39,860 nucleotides of DNA, taken from UHGV virus genome UHGV-0224961; one strand, written 5' to 3'. Both the position numbers and the translations under genes were made by a program. The notes beneath the pieces were generated by a model. That model had not been told where the DNA came from, searched no databases, and saw only the letters and a program-made list of their open reading frames with translations. Origin of the DNA: a virus. Shown here in pieces: positions 16,403 through 25,368 of the stretch (positions are counted from its first letter, which is position 1; each line of letters opens with the position of its first letter).

Positions 16403-18082
16403 ATGGCGGAAACAACTAAAGAGCGATTGAACAAACAGTTCGCACAACTTGAAAGCGAGCGTCAGTCGTTCGAGCCGCACTGGCGCGAGTTGAGTGATTA
16501 CATCAACCCGCGTGGTTCCCGCTTTCTGACTTCTGAGGTCAACCGTAACGATCGACGCAATACACGCATTATTGATTCTACCGGTACTATGGCGGCGCGC
16601 ACTCTCGCCAGCGGCATGATGTCAGGCATCACAAGCCCCGCGCGTCCGTGGTTTCGCCTGGCTACGCCAGATCCTGAAATGATGGATTATGGCCCTGTTA
16701 AGTTGTGGCTTGAGGCGGTGCAGAACCGCATGAACGATATGTTCAATAAGTCGAATCTCTACCAGTCTCTTCCGCAGTTATACGGAAGCCTCGGCACATA
16801 CAGCACTGGTGCAATGGCGGTGCTGGAGGATGACGAGGACATCATTCGCACAATGCCATTCCCGATAGGCAGTTACTACCTGGCTAACTCACCTCGTGGC
16901 AGTGTGGACACCTGTTTTCGCAAGTTCTCTATGACTGTTCGTCAGCTTGTTCAGGAGTTCGGGCTAAATAACGTCAGCGAATCCGTAAAAAGCATGTGGG
17001 AAAGCGGCACCTACGAGAAGTGGATTGAAGTGATGCATTCGGTTTACCCGAACATTGACCGCGATACATCGAAGCTGGATAGCAAGAACAAGCCATTCAA
17101 ATCGGTTTATTACGAGGTTGGTGGCGATAACGACAAGTTGTTGCGTGAGTCCGGATTCGATGAGTTTCCAATTATGGCTCCGCGCTGGGAAGTTAACGGC
17201 GAAGATGTTTATGGATCATCATGCCCGGGTATGCTGGCGCTTGGACCTGTTAAGGCATTGCAGCTTCTCCAGAAGCGCAAGTCGCAGTTGATTGATAAAG
17301 CCACCAATCCGCCGATGGTTGCTCCGACTTCCCTCAAGAATCAGCGCGCCTCCCTTCTTCCTGGCGACATCACGTATATCGATCAGATTACTGGTCAGGA
17401 TGGTTTCAGGCCTGCTTATCTGGTTAACCCCAGTACAGCAGATCTGGTAGCAGACATTCAGGACACCCGCCAAATCATTAACAGCGCCTACTTTGTCGAT
17501 CTGTTCATGATGTTGCAGAACATCAATACCCGCTCGATGCCTGTTGAAGCGGTGATCGAAATGAAAGAAGAAAAACTTCTGATGTTGGGGCCGGTTCTGG
17601 AGCGTCTGAACGACGAATGTCTTAATCCTCTCATTGACCGCGCTTTCTCGATGATGGTGCGTAAAAACATGCTGCCGCCACCGCCTGACGCGATGGAAGG
17701 TATGCCCCTGAAGGTCGAATACATTTCTGTCATGGCTCAGGCGCAGAAGTCTATCGGCCTGTCCAGTCTGGCGTCCACGGTTAACTTCATTGGTCAACTT
17801 GCGCAAGCGAAACCAGAAGCTCTCGACAAACTCAACGTTGATCAGGCGATCGATGCATTCGCTGATATGTCCGGAGTGTCTCCAACCGTCATTGTTCCGC
17901 AGGAACAGGTTGAGCAGGCTCGCCAGCAACGGGCACAGCAACAACAGCAGCAACAAATGATGGCGATGGGGATGGCGGCGGCACAGGGTGCCAAGACGCT
18001 AAGCGAAGCTAAAACTTCGGATCCGAGTGTTTTGTCAGCTATGGCGAATGCAGTTAGTGGTCAGGGTGGGCAATCACAATGA
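16403..18082 (+). CDS. Portal protein
   Basis: 559 aa, follows TerL, precedes scaffold and capsid; Q-rich C-terminal tail. Confidence 0.8.
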   Translation: MAETTKERLNKQFAQLESERQSFEPHWRELSDYINPRGSRFLTSEVNRNDRRNTRIIDSTGTMAARTLASGMMSGITSPARPWFRLATPDPEMMDYGPVKLWLEAVQNRMNDMFNKSNLYQSLPQLYGSLGTYSTGAMAVLEDDEDIIRTMPFPIGSYYLANSPRGSVDTCFRKFSMTVRQLVQEFGLNNVSESVKSMWESGTYEKWIEVMHSVYPNIDRDTSKLDSKNKPFKSVYYEVGGDNDKLLRESGFDEFPIMAPRWEVNGEDVYGSSCPGMLALGPVKALQLLQKRKSQLIDKATNPPMVAPTSLKNQRASLLPGDITYIDQITGQDGFRPAYLVNPSTADLVADIQDTRQIINSAYFVDLFMMLQNINTRSMPVEAVIEMKEEKLLMLGPVLERLNDECLNPLIDRAFSMMVRKNMLPPPPDAMEGMPLKVEYISVMAQAQKSIGLSSLASTVNFIGQLAQAKPEALDKLNVDQAIDAFADMSGVSPTVIVPQEQVEQARQQRAQQQQQQQMMAMGMAAAQGAKTLSEAKTSDPSVLSAMANAVSGQGGQSQ

Positions 18083-18375
18083 CAGATTACGAAGATGATC
18101 AACTGAAAGAAGAAAACGCCCGTAAGCAACGTGACATGGCACAGCGTGAAATTGATGACATTCGCTTTGTCATGAGCAGTGAACAGGGGCGTCGCGTTGT
18201 CTGGTCGGTGCTGGAGAAAGGCCGTGTGTTTTCCGCTATCTCACCGATGGACGCTATGGCAATGGCATTTAATGAGGGGCAACGCAATCTGGCGCTGGAA
18301 CTGTTTCAGCGCGTTATGGCGCATTGCCCTGAACAGTATTTGAAGATGGCCAAAGAGGCCAGTGAACAGGAGTGA
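18079..18375 (+). CDS. Hypothetical head-assembly protein
   Basis: 98 aa, overlapping starts and stops with portal and scaffold. Confidence 0.5.
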   Translation: MTDYEDDQLKEENARKQRDMAQREIDDIRFVMSSEQGRRVVWSVLEKGRVFSAISPMDAMAMAFNEGQRNLALELFQRVMAHCPEQYLKMAKEASEQE

Positions 18376-18377
18376 TC

Positions 18378-19073
18378 ATGAATTTATTTGAGCGTTTGCT
18401 GTATCGCCGTCTTTGCAATGAGCAACCAGTCGATGGTGGAGCAGCTCCGGCTGCGTCAGAACCGTCAGCGCCTGCAGGTGATACCCCTGCTCCAGTTGGT
18501 GATCCATCACAACAGGAAGGTGATAAGCCACAACCTGTTGCTGATGGCGATAAACCTGCTGATGACAAAAAGCCTGAAAACGATAAGCAGGATGAAAAAA
18601 AGGGCGGCGATAAACCAGAGGGTGCGCCTGAGAAGTACGAGTTTCAGGCTGCCGAAGGCGTAGAGCTGGATACAGAAGCGTTGAAGGAATTCGAGCCGGT
18701 GGCGCGAGAACTTAACCTGACCAACGAGCAAGCGCAAAAGCTGGTTGATGCTTATCCGAAGATTCTGGCAGGTGTTCAGCAGCGCCAGGCAGAAGCCTGG
18801 CAGAAAACAACCGAGCAGTGGGCTGCGGATGTAAAAGCTGACAAAGAAATCGGTGGCGACAAGTTGATTTCTAACCTTAGCGCCGCACAGCGTGCGCTTG
18901 ACCAGTTCGGGACACCTGAACTCAAAGAATATCTGAACACCACCGGGCTGGGTAATCACCCTGATCTGGTCAAAACGTTCGTGAAAATCGGAAAGGCGAT
19001 GTCTGAAGATGGCATGGTCACCGGTGGTAATGAAGGCCAGCGTAGTGCGGCCGAAGTGCTCTATGGCAAATAA
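18378..19073 (+). CDS. Scaffolding protein candidate
   Basis: Acidic, low-complexity Pro/Asp/Lys-rich N-terminal half, helical C-terminal half; located between portal and major capsid. Confidence 0.6.
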   Translation: MNLFERLLYRRLCNEQPVDGGAAPAASEPSAPAGDTPAPVGDPSQQEGDKPQPVADGDKPADDKKPENDKQDEKKGGDKPEGAPEKYEFQAAEGVELDTEALKEFEPVARELNLTNEQAQKLVDAYPKILAGVQQRQAEAWQKTTEQWAADVKADKEIGGDKLISNLSAAQRALDQFGTPELKEYLNTTGLGNHPDLVKTFVKIGKAMSEDGMVTGGNEGQRSAAEVLYGK

Positions 19074-19081
19074 GAGAGGAA

Positions 19082-20074
19082 ATGACAATGGCTGTTAAAG
19101 GCTTAACTGCGCTAACGCTGGTTGACTGGGGTAAGCGCGTCGATCCAAACGGGAAAGTCGATAAGATTATCGAGCTTCTCGGTCAAACTAACCCGATCCT
19201 TCAGGATATGCCTTTTGTCGAAGGGAACCTTCCTACCGGACACCGAACCACCATTCGTTCTGGTTTACCTTCAGCTACCTGGCGTTTGCTGAACTATGGC
19301 GTACAGCCAAGCAAATCAACCACGGTGCAGGTCACCGATTACGTTGGCATGCTGGAAACCTATGCTGAAGTCGATAAGTCACTGGCTGATCTGAACGGCA
19401 ATACCGCCGAATTCCGCCTGTCTGAAGACCGCGCATTTATTGAAGCGATGAATCAGGCGATGGCGCAGACGCTGTTTTACGGTGATTCCAGCGTTAACCC
19501 TCAGCAGTTTATGGGACTGTCCTCCCGCTATTCCAGCCTGTCTGCGGGTAATGCTCAGAACATCATTGATGCTGGTGGCACGGGTACAGATAACACTTCA
19601 ATCTGGTTAGTGGTGTGGGGCGAAAACACCGTGCATGGCATCTTCCCGAAAGGGCAGAAGGCTGGCATCCAGATGGAAGATAAAGGCCAGGTGACACTGG
19701 AAGATGCTAATGGCGGCAAGTACGAAGGTTATCGTACCCATTATAAGTGGGACAACGGGCTGACATTGCGTGACTGGCGCTATGTTGTTCGCATTGCAAA
19801 CATCGATGTCAGCAATCTTTCAGAACCTTCCTCTGCCGCAAATATTGCGAAGTTGATGGTTAAAGCACTGCATCGCATTCCAAACCGTGGCATGGGCCGC
19901 CCGGTGTTCTACATGAACCGCACTGTAGGCCAGGCTCTTGATCTGCAGTCTCTGGAGAAAACATCTCTGGCTATCAGCGTAAAAGAGACTGAAGGCGAGT
20001 GGTGGACTTCATTCCGTGGTGTACCAATCCGTGAAACTGATGCGCTTCTGGAAACAGAAGCCCGCGTGGTGTAA
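19082..20074 (+). CDS. Major capsid protein
   Basis: 330 aa, position after scaffold; size matches epsilon15-type capsid proteins. Confidence 0.8.
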   Translation: MTMAVKGLTALTLVDWGKRVDPNGKVDKIIELLGQTNPILQDMPFVEGNLPTGHRTTIRSGLPSATWRLLNYGVQPSKSTTVQVTDYVGMLETYAEVDKSLADLNGNTAEFRLSEDRAFIEAMNQAMAQTLFYGDSSVNPQQFMGLSSRYSSLSAGNAQNIIDAGGTGTDNTSIWLVVWGENTVHGIFPKGQKAGIQMEDKGQVTLEDANGGKYEGYRTHYKWDNGLTLRDWRYVVRIANIDVSNLSEPSSAANIAKLMVKALHRIPNRGMGRPVFYMNRTVGQALDLQSLEKTSLAISVKETEGEWWTSFRGVPIRETDALLETEARVV

Positions 20075-20125
20075 CGCCTGTTATTAACCTGTGGGTCGTA
20101 ACAGACCCACTAATGGAGAAAGAAG

Positions 20126-20563
20126 ATGATCACCGACAAACTGTTGATGTTCTCCGAAGCTCAGGCGGTTACGAATACCGCGGCTTCTACTGACGTAATC
20201 GATCTCGGTCCAATTGATGGAAACCGTCGCGATATCGGCGTGGGTTATCCGCTTGAGTTTTGGGTGCTGGTTAACGAAGCCGCCACGGCAAGTGGTGAGG
20301 CAACTGTAAACATCCAGTTGCAGACGAGTGAGAATAACAGCTCATGGTCCACTATTTATGATAGTGGCGCACTGGCAAAGGCTACCCTGACAGCAGGTAA
20401 ACGAGTTGTTTCTGCAAAGGTGCCTGCCGGTGTTCAGCGATATCTGCGTGTTAACTACTCCGTCGCAACTGGCCCACTAACGGCCGGCAAATTCACTGCG
20501 GGTATCAGTCTGGATGTTGATGCCAATACGCCGTACCCGATCCGCTCAAAAGTAACTGGTTAA
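20126..20563 (+). CDS. Virion-associated protein (capsid decoration candidate)
   Basis: 145 aa, beta-rich composition, immediately after the capsid gene. Confidence 0.5.
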   Translation: MITDKLLMFSEAQAVTNTAASTDVIDLGPIDGNRRDIGVGYPLEFWVLVNEAATASGEATVNIQLQTSENNSSWSTIYDSGALAKATLTAGKRVVSAKVPAGVQRYLRVNYSVATGPLTAGKFTAGISLDVDANTPYPIRSKVTG

Positions 20564-20564
20564 G

Positions 20565-20909
20565 GTGATATCGATGTCAGGTGAGAAACCAAGATACCGC
20601 GTTCTGCGCCTCTCTCATATCCATAACACACTGTGGCCGGAGGGGGCAGAAATCGAATACGAAGGTGAGCCTGGTAGCGCACTGGAACCTGTTAACGATG
20701 CAGCCAGACAGGCAAAAGCAAAGGTAGCAGGAAAGGTGTCTATGGCAGCAACCAGCACCAAAATCATCAACGATGTGTCAGATGATGGTGAACTGGATAA
20801 GCTCCGTGAAGAGTACGAATTGCTCTTTAACGAGAAGCCACACCATAACGCTAAAGCCGAAACGCTCCGCGAGAAGATCGCAGATAAGCGTAAAGAACTG
20901 GGCGTGTAA
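20565..20909 (+). CDS. Hypothetical structural-region protein
   Basis: 114 aa. Confidence 0.5.
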   Translation: MISMSGEKPRYRVLRLSHIHNTLWPEGAEIEYEGEPGSALEPVNDAARQAKAKVAGKVSMAATSTKIINDVSDDGELDKLREEYELLFNEKPHHNAKAETLREKIADKRKELGV

Positions 20910-20925
20910 GCCTCGCGAATCCGAC

Positions 20926-20947
20926 AAGGGGCTTCGGCCCCTTTATT
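20926..20947 (+). terminator. Rho-independent terminator after the head module
   Basis: aaggggc-ttcg-gcccctt followed by tattg. Confidence 0.6.
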
Positions 20948-20959
20948 GCAGGAGTGTAT

Positions 20960-21283
20960 ATGGAACTCGTAAACCTCAAAACCGGCACTGACAGCTACCA
21001 GGATGAGAGCGGAGAAACCAGAACTCGCGATGAATACCCGTGGGGGCTGTGCATCACTCTTAATAACGACACATTGAATAAGCTGAAGGCGCAACCTCAG
21101 GGCGTCGGAACAGAAGTGATGATAACTGCAAAGGCTGTTATTCGAGGCCTGTCTGCCAGAGAAACTGACGATGGTGTTAATCGCAGCGCCGATCTGCAGA
21201 TCACTGATATGGCGATCGCTCCTGTTTCCAGGGATGTAGAAAAATCAGCGGCTGAAACTCTGTACGGTAACGGAGGTGAGTGA
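20960..21283 (+). CDS. Hypothetical virion protein
   Basis: 107 aa from ATG 20960 with GGAG RBS. Confidence 0.5.
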   Translation: MELVNLKTGTDSYQDESGETRTRDEYPWGLCITLNNDTLNKLKAQPQGVGTEVMITAKAVIRGLSARETDDGVNRSADLQITDMAIAPVSRDVEKSAAETLYGNGGE

Positions 21284-21888
21284 TGGCCTCTGTAGTAGAG
21301 ATCTGTAATCGTGCGCTGTCCAATATTGGCAACAGCCGCAGTATTAACAGCCTGACGGAAGCCAGCAAGGAAGCGGGTGAATGTTCGCTGCACTTTGAGG
21401 CCTGCCGTGATGCTGTTCTTTCTGATTTTGACTGGAACTTTGCTACCAAACGCGTGGCGCTTGCAGATACGAGCAATCCACCGCCTGACTGGGAATATGC
21501 GTACCAGTACCCGTCCGATTGTCTGCGCATTACTGAAATTATGCTTCCTGGTGTACGCAATCCAACAGCAGCAATGCGCGTTCAGTACGAAGTTGGTGCA
21601 GACACCAACGGAACAGGAAAGTTGATCTACACAGACCAGCCGCAGGCATGGCTCAAGTATGTCTCTCGCGTTTCAGATGTGAACATGTTTGATGCCATTT
21701 TTATGGAGGCGTTGGCCTGGCGTCTTGCGGCAGCTATTAACATGGCGCTGACTGGGAATGCAGACCTCGGTACGTTTGCCCTCAATATGTACAATCGCGT
21801 GATTCTTAGTGCTGGCTCGCATAGCCAGAATGAATCACAGGAACCACAGCCACCGGTTGACGAGTTTACCATTGCGAGGTTGTCCTGA
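21283..21888 (+). CDS. Tail tubular protein A-like (T7 gp11-like adaptor)
   Basis: 201 aa; N-terminal pattern resembles T7 gp11 as recalled; position before the gp12-like gene. Confidence 0.55.
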   Translation: MASVVEICNRALSNIGNSRSINSLTEASKEAGECSLHFEACRDAVLSDFDWNFATKRVALADTSNPPPDWEYAYQYPSDCLRITEIMLPGVRNPTAAMRVQYEVGADTNGTGKLIYTDQPQAWLKYVSRVSDVNMFDAIFMEALAWRLAAAINMALTGNADLGTFALNMYNRVILSAGSHSQNESQEPQPPVDEFTIARLS

Positions 21889-24359
21889 TGGCTATCAGTT
21901 GGATCCAGCCCAGCTTTGCCGGTGGTGAGATTGGACCGTCGTTGTACGGTCGTATCGACATGGCGAAGTACCAGGTGGCATTGCGCAAGTGCGATAACTT
22001 TATCGTGCGGCAGTATGGCGGCGTTGAGAATCGACCTGGTACGCGTTTTGTCGGTGCCGCCAAATACCCAAATCGGAAATGCCGCCTGATCCCGTTCCAG
22101 TTCTCGACGGTTCAGACTTATGCTCTGGAGTTCGGACACCAGTACATGCGCGTTATCAAAGATGGTGCGTTGGTGCTGAACAGCAGCAATGTTATTTATG
22201 AAATTGCCACGCCATATACTGAAGCCGATCTGTACCGAATTAAATTCACGCAAAGCGCAGACGTGCTTACGCTGGTTCATCCGGCATACCCGCCGAAAGA
22301 GTTGCGCCGCTATGCGCATGACAACTGGCAACTGGTTGATGTGGTAACGAAGAACGGGCCATTTGAAGATATCAATATTGACGATTCAGTGACGGTTTAT
22401 GCCAGCGCCAGCACCGGGACAATTACGTTAACGGCAAGCGCCTCAATTTTTGGCGCGGAGCAGGTAGGCAAATTGTTCTATCTGGAACAGCCTGCAGTGG
22501 ATTCTGTGCCGGTATGGGAAACCAGTAAGAGTACGTCGATTGGCGATATTCGCCGTGCAGACAGTAACTACTATCGCGCCGTTACAGCAGGCAAAACAGG
22601 CACTTTGCGCCCTTCGCATACAGAAGGCACATCATGGGATGGCTGGGGCGGATCCGGTGATGATGATACCGGCATTGAGTGGGAGTATCTGCACAGTGGT
22701 TTTGGCATTGCCCGTATCTCTGCTGCAAATGGAACTACTGCAACTGCCGAGGTGATTTCCTATATCCCTTCGCAGGTAGTTGGCGAGGATAATGCCAGCT
22801 ATAAATGGGCTAAATATGCCTGGAACAGTATTAACGGTTATCCTGGCACTGTTGTTTATTATCAACAACGCCTTTACTTCGCCGCATCGACTGCGTTCCC
22901 TCAGACTATCTGGGCCAGCCGTACCGGGGATTATAAGGATTTTGGCAAAAGCAATCCTACGCAGGATGACGACAGAATTATCTACACCTATGCCGGGCGT
23001 CAGGTTAATGAGATCCGTCACCTGATTGATGTTGGTTCGCTGGTGGCGCTGACTTCCGGAGGTGAGTACGTCATCACTGGCGACCAGAACAAAGTGCTTA
23101 CCCCATCATCATTTGCATTCAGCTCTCAGGGATCAAATGGCTCGAGCAATATCCCACCAATTGCCGTGGCGAATATTGCTCTGTTCGTCCAGGAGAAAGG
23201 CAGTGTTGTCCGTGATCTGGCCTACTCATTCGATGTTGACGGCTATCAGGGGAACGACCTGACCATCCTTGCCAATCATCTTTTTCAGAAGCACAGCATT
23301 GTTGACTGGTGCTTCTCGATTGTCCCTTACTCCAGCGCCTTCTGCATTCGTGATGACGGTAAATTACTGGTGATGACATATTTGCGTGATCAGCAGGTTT
23401 TTGCATGGGCACCACAATCCAGTACCGGAAAATATGAAAGCACATGCAGTATCAGCGAAGGCAATGAAGATGCGGTGTATTTCGTCGTTAACCGAACCGT
23501 TAACGGGCAAACAGTGAGATACATAGAGCGACTGTCCAGCCGTTTATTTACCAGCGATGAAGATGCTTTCTTTGTTGATTCTGGCCTTAGCTATGATGGA
23601 AGAAATACGTCTGACAGAACGATGATCGTCACTGGTGGTTCTGGCGAATGGGATTACCGCGCGGAATATACAATCAGTGTTTCTGGTGGTGCGTACTTCA
23701 CCAGTAGTGATGTCGGTGCTCAACTACAGTTCCCGTATACCGGAACTGATCCTGATACTGGCGATGAAGTGTCAAAAGAATTACGTTGCGACATCATTTC
23801 TGTAACCAGCAATACCGCTGTAGTGGTTCGTGCTAACAGGAACGTCCCGCCATCCCTCAGGAATGTGGCTACCACGAACTGGCAGATGGCGCGCCGGACA
23901 TTTGGAGGCCTGTCTCATCTTGAAGGCCAGACCGTAAACATTCTCTCTGATGCGAACGTGGAACCACAGAAAGTGGTTTCCGGAGGTGCCGTCACGCTGG
24001 AATCACCTGGGGCTGTTGTGCACATCGGCCTGCCAATAACTGCTGAATTCGAAACACTGGATATCAACATTAACGGACAGGAAACGCTGCTGGACAAAAA
24101 ACAGGTGATCCCGTCCGTTACTCTGGTTGTGAATGCCAGTCGCGGCATCTGGGCGACTACGCCCGGCGGTAAATGGTACGAATATCCACAGCGTGAATTC
24201 GAGTTCTACGATGATCCTGTTGATGACGCTACCGGAAAAGTAGAAGTGAAACTGGACAGTAACTGGGGCAAAAACGGACGTGTAAGAATCCGTCAGCTTG
24301 ACCCGTTGCCGCTGTCTGTTCTTGCCGTTATTCCTCGTCTTACTGTTGGGGGATTCTGA
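21888..24359 (+). CDS. Tail tubular protein B-like (T7 gp12-like nozzle)
   Basis: 823 aa; N-terminus with GGEIGPS resembles the gp12 N-terminus as recalled. Confidence 0.6.
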   Translation: MAISWIQPSFAGGEIGPSLYGRIDMAKYQVALRKCDNFIVRQYGGVENRPGTRFVGAAKYPNRKCRLIPFQFSTVQTYALEFGHQYMRVIKDGALVLNSSNVIYEIATPYTEADLYRIKFTQSADVLTLVHPAYPPKELRRYAHDNWQLVDVVTKNGPFEDINIDDSVTVYASASTGTITLTASASIFGAEQVGKLFYLEQPAVDSVPVWETSKSTSIGDIRRADSNYYRAVTAGKTGTLRPSHTEGTSWDGWGGSGDDDTGIEWEYLHSGFGIARISAANGTTATAEVISYIPSQVVGEDNASYKWAKYAWNSINGYPGTVVYYQQRLYFAASTAFPQTIWASRTGDYKDFGKSNPTQDDDRIIYTYAGRQVNEIRHLIDVGSLVALTSGGEYVITGDQNKVLTPSSFAFSSQGSNGSSNIPPIAVANIALFVQEKGSVVRDLAYSFDVDGYQGNDLTILANHLFQKHSIVDWCFSIVPYSSAFCIRDDGKLLVMTYLRDQQVFAWAPQSSTGKYESTCSISEGNEDAVYFVVNRTVNGQTVRYIERLSSRLFTSDEDAFFVDSGLSYDGRNTSDRTMIVTGGSGEWDYRAEYTISVSGGAYFTSSDVGAQLQFPYTGTDPDTGDEVSKELRCDIISVTSNTAVVVRANRNVPPSLRNVATTNWQMARRTFGGLSHLEGQTVNILSDANVEPQKVVSGGAVTLESPGAVVHIGLPITAEFETLDININGQETLLDKKQVIPSVTLVVNASRGIWATTPGGKWYEYPQREFEFYDDPVDDATGKVEVKLDSNWGKNGRVRIRQLDPLPLSVLAVIPRLTVGGF

Positions 24360-24823
24360 TGATCGATGTTCGAATTATTCCCGCCACCGAAGAGCATCTT
24401 CAGATGATTTTGCCGGATGTTCGTCAGGCTGATATTGACGAACTGTATGCGGTATCGCTGATGACTACCGAAGATGCGCTGCGTGTTGGTCTTCGCACTG
24501 CGACTATGGCCTGGTCAGGGTTCGCGAACGGAGAACTGGTAACCATGTTTGGTGTATCTCCGGCGTCAATGATCGGTGGCAATGGTACACCCTGGCTGGT
24601 CGGAACCAGCCGTATTGAAAAATATCAGAAGACATTTCTTCGCCACTGCCGACCTGTATTGCAGCAGATGCTGGCAGTTTATCCGCGCCTGGAAAACTAC
24701 GTCGACGAGCGAAACCATGTTGCCAAAGCATGGCTGCACTGGCTTGGATTCAGGCTTGAAGAAGCCGCGCCTTATGGTGCTCTTGGTCTTAATTTCCACA
24801 GATTTCACATGGAGAGAAAATAA
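24359..24823 (+). CDS. Internal virion protein (gp13-like position)
   Basis: 154 aa, ATGA-coupled. Confidence 0.45.
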   Translation: MIDVRIIPATEEHLQMILPDVRQADIDELYAVSLMTTEDALRVGLRTATMAWSGFANGELVTMFGVSPASMIGGNGTPWLVGTSRIEKYQKTFLRHCRPVLQQMLAVYPRLENYVDERNHVAKAWLHWLGFRLEEAAPYGALGLNFHRFHMERK

Positions 24824-25368
24824 TGTGCGATCCGGTTATTGCTGGTGGCGCAATGCTCGCCATGAGTGGCATTCAGGCATACACCCAGTACCAACAGGGA
24901 AAGTATGCCTCGAAGGTTGCAGAAGCGAACGCAGATATAGCCACTGCTCAGGCAAATGATGCAATAAACAGAGGTAACGCTGAAGCTGAGCAACGGCGCA
25001 GAGAGACCCGACAGCGGCTTGGTACACAAGCGGCGACAATGGGGGCGACCGGCGCCGATTTATCTACCGGTAACGCGCTGGATATATTTGGCGACACTGC
25101 CCAGTTTGGCGCTCTTGATTCGCTGACGACGGTGAATAACGCGCAACGCGAGGCTTACGGTTATCAGGTTCAGGCTGCCAACTATAAAGCAGAAGCCAGT
25201 TCAGCCCGTAAACAGGGGAATGTGGGAGCAGCAACAACATTGCTCACTGCGCCTCTGAAGGCATACGGTGCGTACCAGATGTTTGGTGGGACGTGGAGTC
25301 CGTTTACTCAAAGCACCCCTGCGCCAATCGGGGCAGCAGCAGGAACCAGATTACCCGGAGGATTATAA
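24823..25368 (+). CDS. Internal virion / ejection protein (gp14-like position)
   Basis: 181 aa, Ala/Gln-rich. Confidence 0.45.
   Translation: MCDPVIAGGAMLAMSGIQAYTQYQQGKYASKVAEANADIATAQANDAINRGNAEAEQRRRETRQRLGTQAATMGATGADLSTGNALDIFGDTAQFGALDSLTTVNNAQREAYGYQVQAANYKAEASSARKQGNVGAATTLLTAPLKAYGAYQMFGGTWSPFTQSTPAPIGAAAGTRLPGGL

Noticed and set aside
17219-17956. 245-aa minus-strand ORF inside the portal gene
   Set aside because: Antisense shadow ORF within a gene supported by position and size; composition looks like a reversed coding strand.
18430-18640. Repetitive DNA in the scaffold gene (GDKP-encoding repeats)
   Set aside because: Low-complexity coding repeats, not a CRISPR array or mobile-element repeat.
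18507-19088. 193-aa minus-strand ORF inside the scaffold gene
   Set aside because: Antisense to the low-complexity scaffold region.
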